64,000 bases of DNA from the IMG/VR virus record IMGVR_UViG_3300050343_000270, positions 1 through 64,000 of that record; one strand, 5' to 3'. This document shows, one piece after another, positions 11,311 to 22,932 of this stretch. Positions within the stretch are counted from its first letter, which is position 1, and each line of letters opens with the position of its first letter. The translations under genes were made by a program, and so were the position numbers. The DNA comes from a virus. The notes below the pieces were generated by a model. The model made no database searches. It saw nothing but the letters and a program-made list of their open reading frames with translations, and was not told the origin of the DNA.

Positions 11311-11643
11311 ATGAAAAAAACTATACAGGTTATGGTATCTGATCACGACAAAGACAATGCAACTCTTTGTCGTGATTTAGTTGCCTTTAGAGAAGGTGAA
11401 TGCTTTCCTATTTACGAAACATCCAAAAACTATTTTTACGCTTCTTGTTTTGGCAAAATTCGTTATGTTATAGATCAAGAATCTGGATGTATTTTAGGGA
11501 CGCAATTCCCTCTTATGATGATGGATAACGACTTTGATGTGAAACAAATATCAACCCTTCATGATCATTTTAATAAATGGCATCAATACAACAGACTTTT
11601 CTCCAAAAAAGATTTAACTGCTCCATATGAGCAAACAAAGTAA
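11311..11643 (+). CDS. Hypothetical protein
   Basis: ATG directly after the MazG stop. Confidence 0.55.
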   Translation: MKKTIQVMVSDHDKDNATLCRDLVAFREGECFPIYETSKNYFYASCFGKIRYVIDQESGCILGTQFPLMMMDNDFDVKQISTLHDHFNKWHQYNRLFSKKDLTAPYEQTK

Positions 11644-11646
11644 TTT

Positions 11647-11778
11647 ATGAAAAAACAAACAACATCAAAAGAAAAAACTAAAAAGATAAAAAATAAAGGC
11701 ATTCACGCCAAAACAAAAACTTCTAATCTGAAAAGCTCAAAGCTGTATAAAAAGAAATACAGGGGTCAAGGTAGATAA
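11647..11778 (+). CDS. 43-aa basic phage protein ending YRGQGR (not in the ORF track)
   Basis: MKKQTTSKEKTKKIKNKGIHAKTKTSNLKSSKLYKKKYRGQGR; fills the intergenic gap. Confidence 0.75.
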   Translation: MKKQTTSKEKTKKIKNKGIHAKTKTSNLKSSKLYKKKYRGQGR

Positions 11779-11801
11779 ACTAAAACAAATTCTATAATTC
11801 T

Positions 11802-12485
11802 ATGACAAATAATAACTCAATATATGCATTAGGGGATATACATGGCGAATGGAAACATACCATTCAAAATATAAAAACTTTTGATTTGCGCGATTGCGTT
11901 ATTATATCGGTCGGTGACATCGGTATTGGATTTGGAACGTTTTGTGAACAACAAGAAAAACTTTCTTCTGTTAATGAATTATTGAAGGATCGTAATATAG
12001 AGTTCATGGGCATCAGAGGAAATCACGATGACCCCGAATACTTTCAAGGTGATTATAATTTTTCTAACATGAGCTTCTTAAAGGATTATACCGTAAAAAA
12101 CATTTTTGGTCGTAAGTTTCAATTCGTTGGGGGTGCTGTAAGTATTGATCGCGTCCATCGACTTGAAGATGTAAGTTGGTGGCGTGATGAAATTTTCAAC
12201 CTAGACTTGTTTTTAGCGGAGAAGTGCGATGTTCTTATCACGCATTCTGCACCCTCTTATCTTTTTAACGCTCGGAAATGTTTTATCGAAACTTATTTAA
12301 ATAAAGATGAATCTCTTTGGGACGATTTAGTTAAAGAGCGTAAAGATCATGATCTTTTAATCGACCATTGTCAACCAAATAAACATTACTGTGGGCATTT
12401 TCACATTTCGGCAATCCTCAACAGTCCTAAAGAGCATGGTTGTGAAAGTCGAATTTTAGATATAAATGAATTAATTTTAATATAA
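11802..12485 (+). CDS. Calcineurin-like metallophosphoesterase
   Basis: GDIHG, GD, GNHD, THS and GHFH motifs. Confidence 0.9.
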   Translation: MTNNNSIYALGDIHGEWKHTIQNIKTFDLRDCVIISVGDIGIGFGTFCEQQEKLSSVNELLKDRNIEFMGIRGNHDDPEYFQGDYNFSNMSFLKDYTVKNIFGRKFQFVGGAVSIDRVHRLEDVSWWRDEIFNLDLFLAEKCDVLITHSAPSYLFNARKCFIETYLNKDESLWDDLVKERKDHDLLIDHCQPNKHYCGHFHISAILNSPKEHGCESRILDINELILI

Positions 12486-12536
12486 AATCAATTTTACTAT
12501 TGACTAAAACATCAAAAGCTACTAAAATAATACCCA

Positions 12537-12736
12537 TGAACGACAACAACGAAGACGATACAATGGTTATCGCAATTGAAATAGGAGGCGAGCGTTACGA
12601 AACTGTTACTTGTGATTTGGGTTCAAGACCACACATTTTTGATGACCTGTTTCGTAAAGCTGATATTATAGAGGAAGATGAAAGCCTTGTCGCTGTTAAT
12701 CCTCAACAGAAGTCTTGCTTGTCGCGTCTTGGATAG
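12537..12736 (+). CDS. Hypothetical protein
   Basis: TTGACT-N17-TAAAAT-N7-ATG promoter directly upstream. Confidence 0.5.
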
Positions 12737-12758
12737 TATTCGTATATATTTAATTAAC

Positions 12759-13007
12759 ATGCAACAAATGAAAAACATGATAGAGAAACAACAGAAACGC
12801 GGTCGAGGTCGTCCCAAAGGTGGTAAAAGTTTTACCAATTTAACCATGAGTCAACTCAAGGATTTTATTGGCGAACATCAATGCATCCCCGTTAGTAGGG
12901 TTTGGCTTGAGAGTATGAATATTGAAGTCGTTGACACAAAGCGCGTCATTCAAGCTCAACCTAGTGCTACTACCTCGCCTACGGTTACAATGAAACTTAG
13001 TGATTGA
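12759..13007 (+). CDS. AT-hook DNA-binding protein
   Basis: KRGRGRPKGG motif; exact start uncertain. Confidence 0.65.
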   Translation: MQQMKNMIEKQQKRGRGRPKGGKSFTNLTMSQLKDFIGEHQCIPVSRVWLESMNIEVVDTKRVIQAQPSATTSPTVTMKLSD

Positions 13008-13043
13008 CCTTTTTGTAGTATTTCGCTACTTTCCCCTACCTTT

Positions 13044-13586
13044 ATGAAACAGATTAAATTAGAAAAGCCCGATTCTTATACATTAAAAAGATGTCAGCTT
13101 TTTGCCGATTATTCTGCTGGATCTTCTGCCGATGAATATGCAAGACGAAACCAGATCGACCTTGAAAAAATCAAGTTAGACATATACAGGGGCAAAGTGG
13201 CGGAATACATGGTTTATAATTACTTGGTTAGTAGAGGAAAGAGTGTATCAATGCCCGATCTTGAAATATACAATAAACACCATAAAAGTTTTGATGCTGA
13301 TTTGGTGAGTGATGGTGTTAATCTCCATGTTAAAAGTCATTTTGTAAATCCAAGATTCCCCGTCTCATGGGTATTCCAAAAGCAAGACAAGATAACAACC
13401 GAAAAACATTCTGATGATTATTTATGTTTAGTTGTTATGACAGAAGATTGGAATAATGGGCTGTATATAAAACAATCAAAACTTGTTACTTTTAAAGAGC
13501 CGAAGAAAGAATCCCTAAAGGCATCTAAGGTCTGCGTATATGAATCAGACTTATTGCTTACCCCAATAATAAATAACAGAATATGA
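13044..13586 (+). CDS. PD-(D/E)xK nuclease-like protein
   Basis: GKVAE...PDL...DADL...LHVKS pattern. Confidence 0.55.
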   Translation: MKQIKLEKPDSYTLKRCQLFADYSAGSSADEYARRNQIDLEKIKLDIYRGKVAEYMVYNYLVSRGKSVSMPDLEIYNKHHKSFDADLVSDGVNLHVKSHFVNPRFPVSWVFQKQDKITTEKHSDDYLCLVVMTEDWNNGLYIKQSKLVTFKEPKKESLKASKVCVYESDLLLTPIINNRI

Positions 13587-14647
13587 AATTTAAAAAATTT
13601 AAAAAAATAGGTCAATTCAAAGATTCAATTGTATCAATTAAATCGCAGAGTCAATACGTTGGTAAAGATGAAAACGGCGAATCTATTTACGATGAAACAA
13701 GATGTTTGCCCACCGTTGTTTTCAAAGGAACTGTTAAATTACATGGGACAAATGCTGGAGTTCATTACGACTTTGTCACAAACGAAATAACTCCTCAAAA
13801 AAGAACATCTTATTTAACCGAAGATTTTGGACATTTCGGTTTCACGGAATATATTCGGGCGTTTCAAGACTTTTATCAATATTCATGCAGGAAAGTATGC
13901 GAAAAAGCAGGTATCACTGAAGTTGTTGTATTTGGTGAATGGGTAGGAGAAGGCATACAGAAGAATGTCGCCATTTCAGAACTGTCTAAAAGATTTGTTG
14001 TTTTTGAGGCTTTTAGTCCAGAAAAAGGATGTTACCTAGATCCCTGTGATTTGGATGAATTTAGAGATCATTCTAACAAGTGTTATAACATTAGAGACTA
14101 TAAACAATACGAGGTAACAGTTGATCTTAATCATCCAGAACTAGCAATCAAAGAAATAAACAATATTATAGATGAAGTAGAAAAGTGTTGTCCAGTTGCT
14201 AAAGCCATGCTTGAAGCTGAGTGTCCAGAAAAATGCGTTGATAGGGATGTGTTTCTTGGTGAAGGCGTTGTTTTTTCAAATAGACATCCATTCAATTCTT
14301 CGTTTAAATCGAAGGGAGAAAAACATTCTGCTCACGGCGGTTCTAAAAGACCTTCCGTTGATCCAATTAAAGCCGCCAACATTAAAGATTTTGTTAAACA
14401 AGTTGTCACAGAAGATCGCCTAGAGCAATGCTGGGGAGTAATCGAACAAGAATACGGTGAGGGTAATATGACAACAAAACAAATAGGAGAATTAATGGGT
14501 TGGATTTTTAAGGATATTATTTCCGAAGAGGGTGATGCCTTGGCTCACAACAATTTATGCAAAAAAGATATTGGTTCAGAGGTAGCTAATACAGCAAGAC
14601 CTTGGTTTATCAATAAGATTAATTCATTCCAATTTAAAACAATTTAA
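13583..14647 (+). CDS. RNA ligase (Rnl2 family)
   Basis: Motif I KLHGTN, FGEW, GEGVV and FKSKG, with a C-terminal Rnl2-like domain (VTEDRL...DIISEE). Confidence 0.85.
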   Translation: MKFKKFKKIGQFKDSIVSIKSQSQYVGKDENGESIYDETRCLPTVVFKGTVKLHGTNAGVHYDFVTNEITPQKRTSYLTEDFGHFGFTEYIRAFQDFYQYSCRKVCEKAGITEVVVFGEWVGEGIQKNVAISELSKRFVVFEAFSPEKGCYLDPCDLDEFRDHSNKCYNIRDYKQYEVTVDLNHPELAIKEINNIIDEVEKCCPVAKAMLEAECPEKCVDRDVFLGEGVVFSNRHPFNSSFKSKGEKHSAHGGSKRPSVDPIKAANIKDFVKQVVTEDRLEQCWGVIEQEYGEGNMTTKQIGELMGWIFKDIISEEGDALAHNNLCKKDIGSEVANTARPWFINKINSFQFKTI

Positions 14648-14675
14648 AACAATTTAAAACAAATCATTATAATTT

Positions 14676-14882
14676 ATGAAAACAAAAATAATACGCTATG
14701 ACGTTTATGACAAAAAAGATCGCTGGGTAGGTAGTTACTCTACTGATCTTGACCGCCCGAATGATACCTCATCCTTTGATATGGCAAGGATTAACAACCG
14801 TCAAAGCGGCGGAAAGATAATCGCCCGTCATCAATGCGGCTTAGAAGAAGAAGTAATTAATTTAAAGGTAATTCGTAAGTAA
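14676..14882 (+). CDS. Hypothetical protein
   Basis: 68-aa ORF in the operon direction. Confidence 0.55.
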   Translation: MKTKIIRYDVYDKKDRWVGSYSTDLDRPNDTSSFDMARINNRQSGGKIIARHQCGLEEEVINLKVIRK

Positions 14883-15648
14883 TATATTAAATATACTTTT
14901 CCTTATTACTTGCATGTTTACTTGACTTTTTTAAGTATTTAATGTTAGAGAAATATAGGAAAGACAATATGATCAAATAGAGAGGGTATAGGTAGTAAGA
15001 TTATAGAAATAAATAAAGACTATTTTAATTGTTTTTAAATAACTTTAAATAACCTATACCCCCTTTAAACACAAGAGAAATAAAGAAGAATACAGTAGAG
15101 ATATAATAGAGTAGATAGACAAGAATAGTATAGGCGTTTATCATCAATATTTATTGGTTTATTTAGTTTTATTTGGTTTTTGTTTATTTGTTAGGGTCTG
15201 CGCGGCGCGATAAAAATACAAATAAAAACACATTATACTCTATAATTGAATACAAGTCAACCCTAATAACCCTTATAAAACAATGGAAAGCTCATTTTTT
15301 GTGGCAGTCAACTTTACGATACTTTATATATTTCTATATGTTATTTTGTATTGCATTGAGAGTGTTGATATGTTGCGAGGGTGGCATGATTGGGTTTGTT
15401 TTGTGATATGTTTTGTATTTTTCTTGTGTTTGGTGTTGTGGGTTTGGGATTTTTGGTTATTTTGATGGCGGGTTGTTGATATATTTTGCAAATAAGTGTT
15501 AAGTTTTTAAAAAAGCGTAGTATAAACAACAAAAGTTTTATAGTTTTTATAAGTTTTATAGAATTTTTTTAAATTTTATCTGTTTTTGTCTCTTTTTCGC
15601 CATGTGTTTTAACCGAAACACTTATCTCTTTCAGGTGTAAAAGATAAT

Positions 15649-16161
15649 ATGAACACAAACGAATCACAACTATGGGCTTTGGCATCAACCGAGGCATCAA
15701 TTAATACAACAGCAGATAATCAAAATATAAATCTTCCAGAAGCATTGGAATATTTTTTATCCTTGTCGGGAGATTATCCTAAACATCAAATAGCCAAGTT
15801 ATTAATAAAGGTTTATTCACATTTGTCAACAGAAGAATTAATAAGGCAAACGGGTTGGTCGCAATTGCGTTATTATGCCAAATCACAAGATCAGCGCGAC
15901 CACCAAATAAAAGCACAAAAGAAATGGACAGCCAAGAAGCTTGATTTTATAAACGAATTTAAAAAAGATGGTTGTGTGATTTGTGGTTATAAGAAATGTC
16001 TTGCCGCGCTTGATTTCCATCATATAGACCCCAGCCAGAAGACTTCCTCTGTGCGCAGACTATCTAATTTTAAACATATTGAAAAAGAAATAAAAAAATG
16101 CGTTGTTCTGTGTGCTAATTGTCATAGGGAGGTTCATGCAGGGGAAGCTAAATTGCCTTGA
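15649..16161 (+). CDS. HNH endonuclease
   Basis: CVICG...LDFHHIDP...LCANCHREVH. Confidence 0.85.
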   Translation: MNTNESQLWALASTEASINTTADNQNINLPEALEYFLSLSGDYPKHQIAKLLIKVYSHLSTEELIRQTGWSQLRYYAKSQDQRDHQIKAQKKWTAKKLDFINEFKKDGCVICGYKKCLAALDFHHIDPSQKTSSVRRLSNFKHIEKEIKKCVVLCANCHREVHAGEAKLP

Positions 16162-16215
16162 TTCGGCGCACATTAAACAAAATTTAGCCAAATAACGGCG
16201 TTTTAAGTTGACTTT

Positions 16216-18910
16216 GTGGTAATAATGGATAATAATAAGAGCATGGAAATAAACAAGGAAGATAAAGAGTTTCTTATGGGCTGTGGTTGGTGGGATGATT
16301 TTGAGATGGCGGATTCTGATAGGAGTCGGTTCTTTCTAGTGCGCGATATTAAGAAGAGTAGGCTGGAGTTTACTGAAGAAGAGTTTCCTACTAGTGTTTA
16401 TGATCGCTTGTTGAGTTTGGCGAACAATGTAGACTTTTTAACCAAATAATAAATGCAAAACTTTCAAATAATAACTTTATTAAGTGTCCTAGGTTGGTTA
16501 GTTTTCGGCGTAATAACCTATATTATATTTTGTTTTTGCGCCCGATTATCCATGTTTAGTTTATACAAACTTATTTTATTTTCTGTTAGCGGTCCAATCG
16601 CACTTTATTTTTTATACTGTTGGCGGCGGCGCGTTACTATTCTTCGCAGAGCAATCACATTCACACCATCCAACAATAAGCCAAATATTGACAAATAAAA
16701 CAACAAATAACATGATTGAAGAACAACTCATCAATAAACAAATAATCGATCAAATAAAGATCAACAACTTAATGATACAAAAGTTTGCTTTTTCTATAGA
16801 CGACTTGATGCGGCGCAATGAAATTCTGGGCAGAATCAACCAAATAAACGAAACTTTATCATCCGCCGAGCAATTCACTCATAAAGAATTGGTGGTTGCA
16901 TGGGATGTAAGTATGATGTCGGTGTTGAGCTACATGGAATTTCAGGATGACTTGTTGGGTGAAATTTCAACTTAAGGTTAATCAAATAAACAACAAATAA
17001 GTATATGATAATAGCACAGGTAATTTTGTTTATGGTATGGACGTTTTTAATTTCTTGTATATACTCTTCCATAGAGGGATTAGATGTCAAGTCCACAATA
17101 GTTGTTTTATTTCTCTTTGGTACGTCCTTGGTCGGCGCGGCATATATATTAGGATTATTGAGTTGATTAATTATTCATAATCTAGATACTGGTTAATATG
17201 CACGACCCATTGCTAACAACCTTTATTATTCTCATGGCATTCGTTAAGTTTATTTATGATGAATGTGTCCGCAAAGACCATTAAATGGGGCGTTTGAAAT
17301 TAATATTATTTTTTTTCAATAAAAATGTTGACTGGTTTGAGTTTTTTGGTATTCTCGTTCTCATGCAAATACTAATTGATATAGACGTGCCGACAAAAGA
17401 CGAATCGATCATTTCGAATTCATTGAAAACAATAGCTAATTCCATAGAGGATGGCAGTATAGTAGATAGGGAGTTAATGGATGGCAGTTACTGCGTTGGT
17501 GGTAGTGTTATTGAGTTTGTTGATTAATAATATTCAAACACCATTAATTCAATGAACTATATTATTTCTCATTACGGATCTGGGATCGCTGTCGGACTCA
17601 CTAAGGAACAGGGTGCAGAAGAAGACATTAACTTGGCGCATAATTTATTTAATAGCGCTTGCCATGAGAGCATTTTCCATGGTACTATTCTTTTTAACAG
17701 CATTAAACAATTCCGCCGTTTCTTGGCTTATAAGACTTACTTTGTGTTGAGGATGCACAATGAGACGGACGAGTTGGGCGTATGGAAAGAAAGTTTTCGT
17801 GAGGCTCGGCGCGTAATCAACGAGCAATGTATACATAATAATTTTATGTTCCAAGTGACAAAGTCAAATAGTCTAAGGCATAATATAGGGTCATATCAAG
17901 ACGAGGTAGACTTCGAATGCTAATATAACAAACATCAAACAACAAACAAAATAATATGCAATACGCACAACAAGCACAAAAGCCAATCTGGTATCAGTCA
18001 AATAATAGTAATCATTATTATTCAGCCACATCTGGATCTTCCATTTTTAATGAGTGGTATGAGTTCATAGATGAATACGAAGCTCTGATGTTCATACAGG
18101 AGACTTTTGGTAGTCAGTCCTTTTTGGACCATATGGAGTTTTTTGAACACGAGCTTTACCATAGATCCGATTTAATAATCGACAACGTAACAGGTGAAGT
18201 GGTGGGTGTTAAATCAGACGCTTGTATTAATGATTTCCAATCCGCCGTTAATTTCGAATCAAGATTTTAATCTATTATAAATCAAATAACATTGACAACA
18301 TCAACCCACAATATACAATAAAGACATGAATTTTAAAACAGAAACTCATTTTGGGAAGACTTTTCTCTATGGTGAGCTTCCATACATATCGGTACAGGTC
18401 GAGGCGTGTAAATGGACAGATTGCAGAAACTTTATCAATATAGTTTCGTTAGATGATGCTAGTGTTGATTATTTCAACGCCCAACAAATCATTTAAAACA
18501 TTTGTCGGAAAATACAAAACAAAAGAAGGGGCTAAGTCTGCGATCATAAATAAACTAAAGGAAACTGGTCATATTGTCCTTGAGGATTAAAAAAGATTAA
18601 AAAAGGCAAAAACCTATCGACACACCTAATTTAGTATGTATAATGGTGGTGTCGCAACGACAAACAACAAACTAATAAAATGACAAATAAAAAAACAAGG
18701 AACAAAATAAAGATAGAGGTAAATAACAAATACCTAGCATTTTGTGGGAACGCAAACGAAGCAATTGATTTTGTTCAATCAATGAGAGAGACTAATCATC
18801 ACATTGGTGGTGATTTTGAAAACGTGATGAGTGACTTCTTGTTTAACATAGAGAAGGCTTTACAGGATGCGGGAGTACATGACGAACATTTTAATTTGAT
18901 TGAAATTTAA
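16216..18910 (+). other. Run of small hypothetical genes (e.g. 16453-16698 membrane protein, 16688-16975, 17552-17923, 17956-18270, 18680-18910)
   Basis: Co-oriented short ORFs, several preceded by TTGAC..TA.aaT promoters. Confidence 0.55.
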
Positions 18911-19390
18911 ATTGAGTTTCCTTTTCGAATGTTGTCCTCCGCCCAAAGCGGTTGAAGATTTGAGTAGTGATTAGCCTTCCAAGGATCGTCCTCATTCTTA
19001 ACGAAATAATCTAACGGAATTTTATGGTCTATATGCCAACCATCAATACCATGATTTTCCCATGTCATACCATCTAACCAAAGAGATTCTATGTGTGTTT
19101 TAAATTCTTCTAACGAACAACCAAGATACTCTAAAGAGTGTAATTCTTTTTGTTGTTTAACCGCTTGAGTGACTCTATAACACGCGCACCTAATACAATC
19201 ACTCAACTTATAAAGAGTGTCGTTGGCATATTTTTCTCTCTTCCACTGGCGCTTATACTCTTGCCGTCGTTTCTTATTCTCTGGCTTTGATCTTATGGCT
19301 TTTGTTTTTTCTGGATTATTTTTAGCCCACTCTTTATTCCTTAATAAAATTGTTTCTTTATTGTCGAGGTGTATTTCTTTGCTTTTAGTG
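18907..19390 (-). pseudogene. 5'-truncated, frameshifted HNH homing endonuclease
   Basis: LGCSLEEFK.HIE...GMTWENHG...WHIDHKIP...HYSNLQPLWA.DN..K. The open frame extends to ~19357 (ETILLRNKEWAKNNPEK) with no start codon. Confidence 0.7.
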
Positions 19391-19495
19391 AGAAAAAAAA
19401 GATTAAAAAAGATTAAAAAAGAGTTTGACCAACCTAATTCAGTATGTATAATGATGCCGTCACAACGACAAACAACAAACTAATAAAACCAACTA

Positions 19496-21478
19496 ATGAA
19501 AACTAAAGTTAAAAGCACACCGATTATCGCAAGCAAAGGAATGGATTCTTCTATCATGTCAATGGATAACAAGGGCAAAGAAATGGCTTGTTTCTTTTTG
19601 AGAGATAAGATTTACTCTAACAAAATTCAAGCAGTAGTTAGAGAGTATATTTGTAATGCTGTTGATGAGCATGTCAAGTATAACGTTGATCGTCCTGTCG
19701 AGGTAAACCTAACAGCGCAGGGTCTGAATGGTGCTATATTCTCTGTTCGTGATTTCGCCAATGGCTTATCGGAGGATGCAGTTCGGAAAATCTTTGGATG
19801 CTATTTCAAGTCTACCAAGTCAGAAACGAATGAAAGTATCGGCGGGTTCGGAGTCGGATCAAAAGCTGGTCACGCATATACCGATGCTTTTAATATCATC
19901 TCTTACTTTGATGGTGTCAAGACCAGCTACTCTTGTATGCTTGGTGCTGGTGAGTCGGGAGTTCCTGTCGGTCATATCTACAAGATGGGTGAGTCACCAA
20001 CCGATGAGACAGGTGTTGAGATCAACCTAACAGTCAAAGAAGCAGAAAAAGACAAAGAAAGGGTTTTTCACAACGCTCAGTCTGATGTATCAAAGTTCAA
20101 GTATGAGATAATTCGCTTTATTCAGTTTGCTCATTCACCTATTACCGCAAAAATCTTTGATAATGTTTATGACACGCCCGAACAAAAACATTCTGTCGTT
20201 ATTGATGGTTTCACAGTCGCAATCGTAGATGCTTTCACCACAGGTTCTAATCATTACAAACGGGATGTTGTTAACAATACGAAGATTTGTATTAAGATGG
20301 GCGATGTAGTTTATGGTTCGGCGTTCGTCCCTAGAGGTTTTGGTGTTTCATGTAAGTCGCATCACTTTATCACTATCACCGCCCCTATGGGTCAAATTGA
20401 CATACCTATTAGCCGTGAGAATATGGAAGATACAGTTCGTAATCGGCGTGTGAAGGAAAAGATTGATAAAGTATTGGAGAAAATAATAAACGATGATTCA
20501 CAAAAATTTAAAAAGAAAACACTTATTGATCTTGTTGATGAATACATAACTAGTCCGTCTTTTGGGTCTAGTGAGGACGGAAATTATTTCAATTACAGTA
20601 ATGACGTTATCTATGGCTTAATGGATAAAGTAGCTACATCTATACGTGATACTACCACACCAGAACTTAAAACATCAGTTAAAAACGTTGATAAAGAGAA
20701 TGGTAAGCCTGTTGTAGTTTTCGTGCCAAACAACCGCACAACTGATAAGTGGATTTCTAAAGTAAATGCATGGTGTCTTTCAAACGACAAAAAGTATTTG
20801 ATTCTTACAGGACGCGAAGACATATTGGCTTTAGACACTAAAGATTCATTTCACTTGATAGATGCTCGCAAACTCAAAATATCCAAGAAGCAAGATAGAA
20901 CTCGCGCCGTTATTTATTACAACGGTGAAAACTGGAAAACAATGAGTGCATTAGAGTTTCACAATCACCTTCGTGAATACTATAATTTATCTGAGGCTAA
21001 GGATGAAGCGCAAGCCAAGAGGCAAAATGCCCAACTAGCTAAAACAGGAAAAGATATTGAGGTATTAATAGGTTTCATTCTTAATCCAGAGAAAAGCCGT
21101 TATTCTTGGAACGCATCTCCTTTTTATGTCGGGGCGAAAGGTCTCTTAAAAGACTTGAAGGATATTGGAATCGCCGTCAACAGTCCTATCTCTATCCGCA
21201 AAACTACCATTCAAGACGAAAATCAAGAAAAAAATCAACAAGCAGTTTATTCAAGCAACATTCAGAAGATGAGTTGGGTTTCCGACAGAACAAAGGATAT
21301 TGTAAAGAAGCACCCCGATAAATCCCAGAGAATTGTCGATTTGCTTGAAAGTATTCGATCAGAAGGTTCTCTAAGAGGCAAGATATTGACGCAATTCAAT
21401 GCCGATATGAAATACTGCAACGCACAGCAAACAAACCTATCAAAATCAGACATGAAGAAAATCCTAAACTTAGTTTGA
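19496..21478 (+). CDS. rIIA: rIIA-like lysis inhibition/anti-exclusion protein (GHKL ATPase N-terminus)
   Basis: KIYSNKIQAVVREYICNAVD, VRDF..GLS, STK, GGFGVGSK; adjacent to rIIB. Confidence 0.88.
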   Translation: MKTKVKSTPIIASKGMDSSIMSMDNKGKEMACFFLRDKIYSNKIQAVVREYICNAVDEHVKYNVDRPVEVNLTAQGLNGAIFSVRDFANGLSEDAVRKIFGCYFKSTKSETNESIGGFGVGSKAGHAYTDAFNIISYFDGVKTSYSCMLGAGESGVPVGHIYKMGESPTDETGVEINLTVKEAEKDKERVFHNAQSDVSKFKYEIIRFIQFAHSPITAKIFDNVYDTPEQKHSVVIDGFTVAIVDAFTTGSNHYKRDVVNNTKICIKMGDVVYGSAFVPRGFGVSCKSHHFITITAPMGQIDIPISRENMEDTVRNRRVKEKIDKVLEKIINDDSQKFKKKTLIDLVDEYITSPSFGSSEDGNYFNYSNDVIYGLMDKVATSIRDTTTPELKTSVKNVDKENGKPVVVFVPNNRTTDKWISKVNAWCLSNDKKYLILTGREDILALDTKDSFHLIDARKLKISKKQDRTRAVIYYNGENWKTMSALEFHNHLREYYNLSEAKDEAQAKRQNAQLAKTGKDIEVLIGFILNPEKSRYSWNASPFYVGAKGLLKDLKDIGIAVNSPISIRKTTIQDENQEKNQQAVYSSNIQKMSWVSDRTKDIVKKHPDKSQRIVDLLESIRSEGSLRGKILTQFNADMKYCNAQQTNLSKSDMKKILNLV

Positions 21479-21534
21479 CAAACATCTATTTTTATATTAA
21501 AATCTCAACGAACAACAAACCAACAATAACAACA

Positions 21535-22530
21535 ATGCTAAATTATATTATTAACGACAAAGGTATCGTGATCTTTCACGACAACAAGCCTGTAAAGGTG
21601 GACAAGACAGCACCCGAATATCATCGAGTGATCGCGGCGTTTGATTTGCCCGAATCCGAGCAAGAGAAAGCCATCGTAGAAATTCTTAATAAGAAAACTG
21701 GCGAGTTCTCAGAGCATGGATTCACAATCAATCCAGACAATGTAACGTTTGGAGGGGAACGATTACCCACGGCATTAGCTGATAAGGTTCGTTCAATCGC
21801 GCAACAAGGACTACCAGTAAAACTCTTTGTTAATTTTTGGAAAAAACTACAAGAGAATCCATCTGCCAATTCTGTTAGAGAACTCTATGACTTTTTGAGC
21901 TACAAAGAGCTTCCTATCACAGAGGATGGTTTCTTCATTGCTTACAAGGGTGTTAATCGTAATGGCTACTCATGTCATGGCAATTTAAACACTAAAGTCC
22001 TTCAAGGTGTCGTAGATGATACTGGTAGAATCGAAAACAATGTGGGCGATACTATCGAAGTTCTGAGGCGCGATGTGGATGACGATAGAGATCATAGTTG
22101 CTCCTTTGGTCTGCACGTTGGATCACTTAACTATGCCAAGTCATTCTCCAATGGTCGTGTGCTAATCGTCAAAATCAATCCCGCCGATGTAGTGAGTGTC
22201 CCAAAAGATTGCTCATCCCAGAAGTGCCGTGTTTCAAAGTATAAGATCATCGACTATTTCGATACCGAGATCAAGAGTGCTGTATGCGATGAAGATGGCA
22301 ATGAGATTATCGCAGAAGATAAACAAGAGAATGATGACTTTGTTAATCGTGTAAACAGATACGTTATGAACAAACAACAACAGGGGCTTTGTCCGCTTAA
22401 TGTTACACAGATTCAAAACTCATTCAGCCCAGAATATCCTAGCCGACCACGTGTGCTTGATGCCCTAACTGAGCTTGGTTGGGTGTGGTTTGAGGACAGT
22501 GACGGACATTGGGTAGACCTTGATCAATAA
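21535..22530 (+). CDS. rIIB: rIIB-like protein
   Basis: NPSANSVRELYDFL...LPITEDG.FIAYKGV...CSFGLHVG...VKINPADVVSVP.D...KCRVSKY. Confidence 0.9.
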   Translation: MLNYIINDKGIVIFHDNKPVKVDKTAPEYHRVIAAFDLPESEQEKAIVEILNKKTGEFSEHGFTINPDNVTFGGERLPTALADKVRSIAQQGLPVKLFVNFWKKLQENPSANSVRELYDFLSYKELPITEDGFFIAYKGVNRNGYSCHGNLNTKVLQGVVDDTGRIENNVGDTIEVLRRDVDDDRDHSCSFGLHVGSLNYAKSFSNGRVLIVKINPADVVSVPKDCSSQKCRVSKYKIIDYFDTEIKSAVCDEDGNEIIAEDKQENDDFVNRVNRYVMNKQQQGLCPLNVTQIQNSFSPEYPSRPRVLDALTELGWVWFEDSDGHWVDLDQ

Positions 22531-22607
22531 TTTGTTAGTTGGTTAATTAACCCCCCTCTCTCGTTATTGGTTTTTCGGGAGAGGGGAACACACAAACCAT
22601 CAAATAC

Positions 22608-22640
22608 AACCTGCCCTCTTAACCGAAGGGTGGGTTTTTT
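22608..22640 (+). terminator. Intrinsic terminator after rIIB
   Basis: AACCTGCCCT...AGGGTGGGTT hairpin followed by a T run. Confidence 0.7.
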
Positions 22641-22852
22641 GTGTTTGTAGATTTGCTTTAATATGCGTTGTGACAGGTTGCATGTTAAAAGATCAAATAG
22701 TCTACCCCAAATACATTCAAGCGGCTCAGATGGCAACCTCATGCGAAATACACATATACAGATAGATATTTCGTTCCAACTTCAAACCAAAAAAGGACAA
22801 ATAACCATTGCACCGAATATAAAGAAAAGAAATGTGTTGTTGTGCTGATGTT

Positions 22853-22932
22853 GTAAGTCACTTAGTATCAACGAGTTACGCCCAAGAGGGGGGCGCTTCG
22901 CCGTAACTCATTGAGTATCAACGAGTTATGAC
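22853..22932. repeat. 80-bp double-palindrome element, copy 1 of 9
   Basis: Two TAA(G/C)TC-N13-GA(G/C)TTA sites 50 bp apart with a G-rich linker. Confidence 0.9.
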
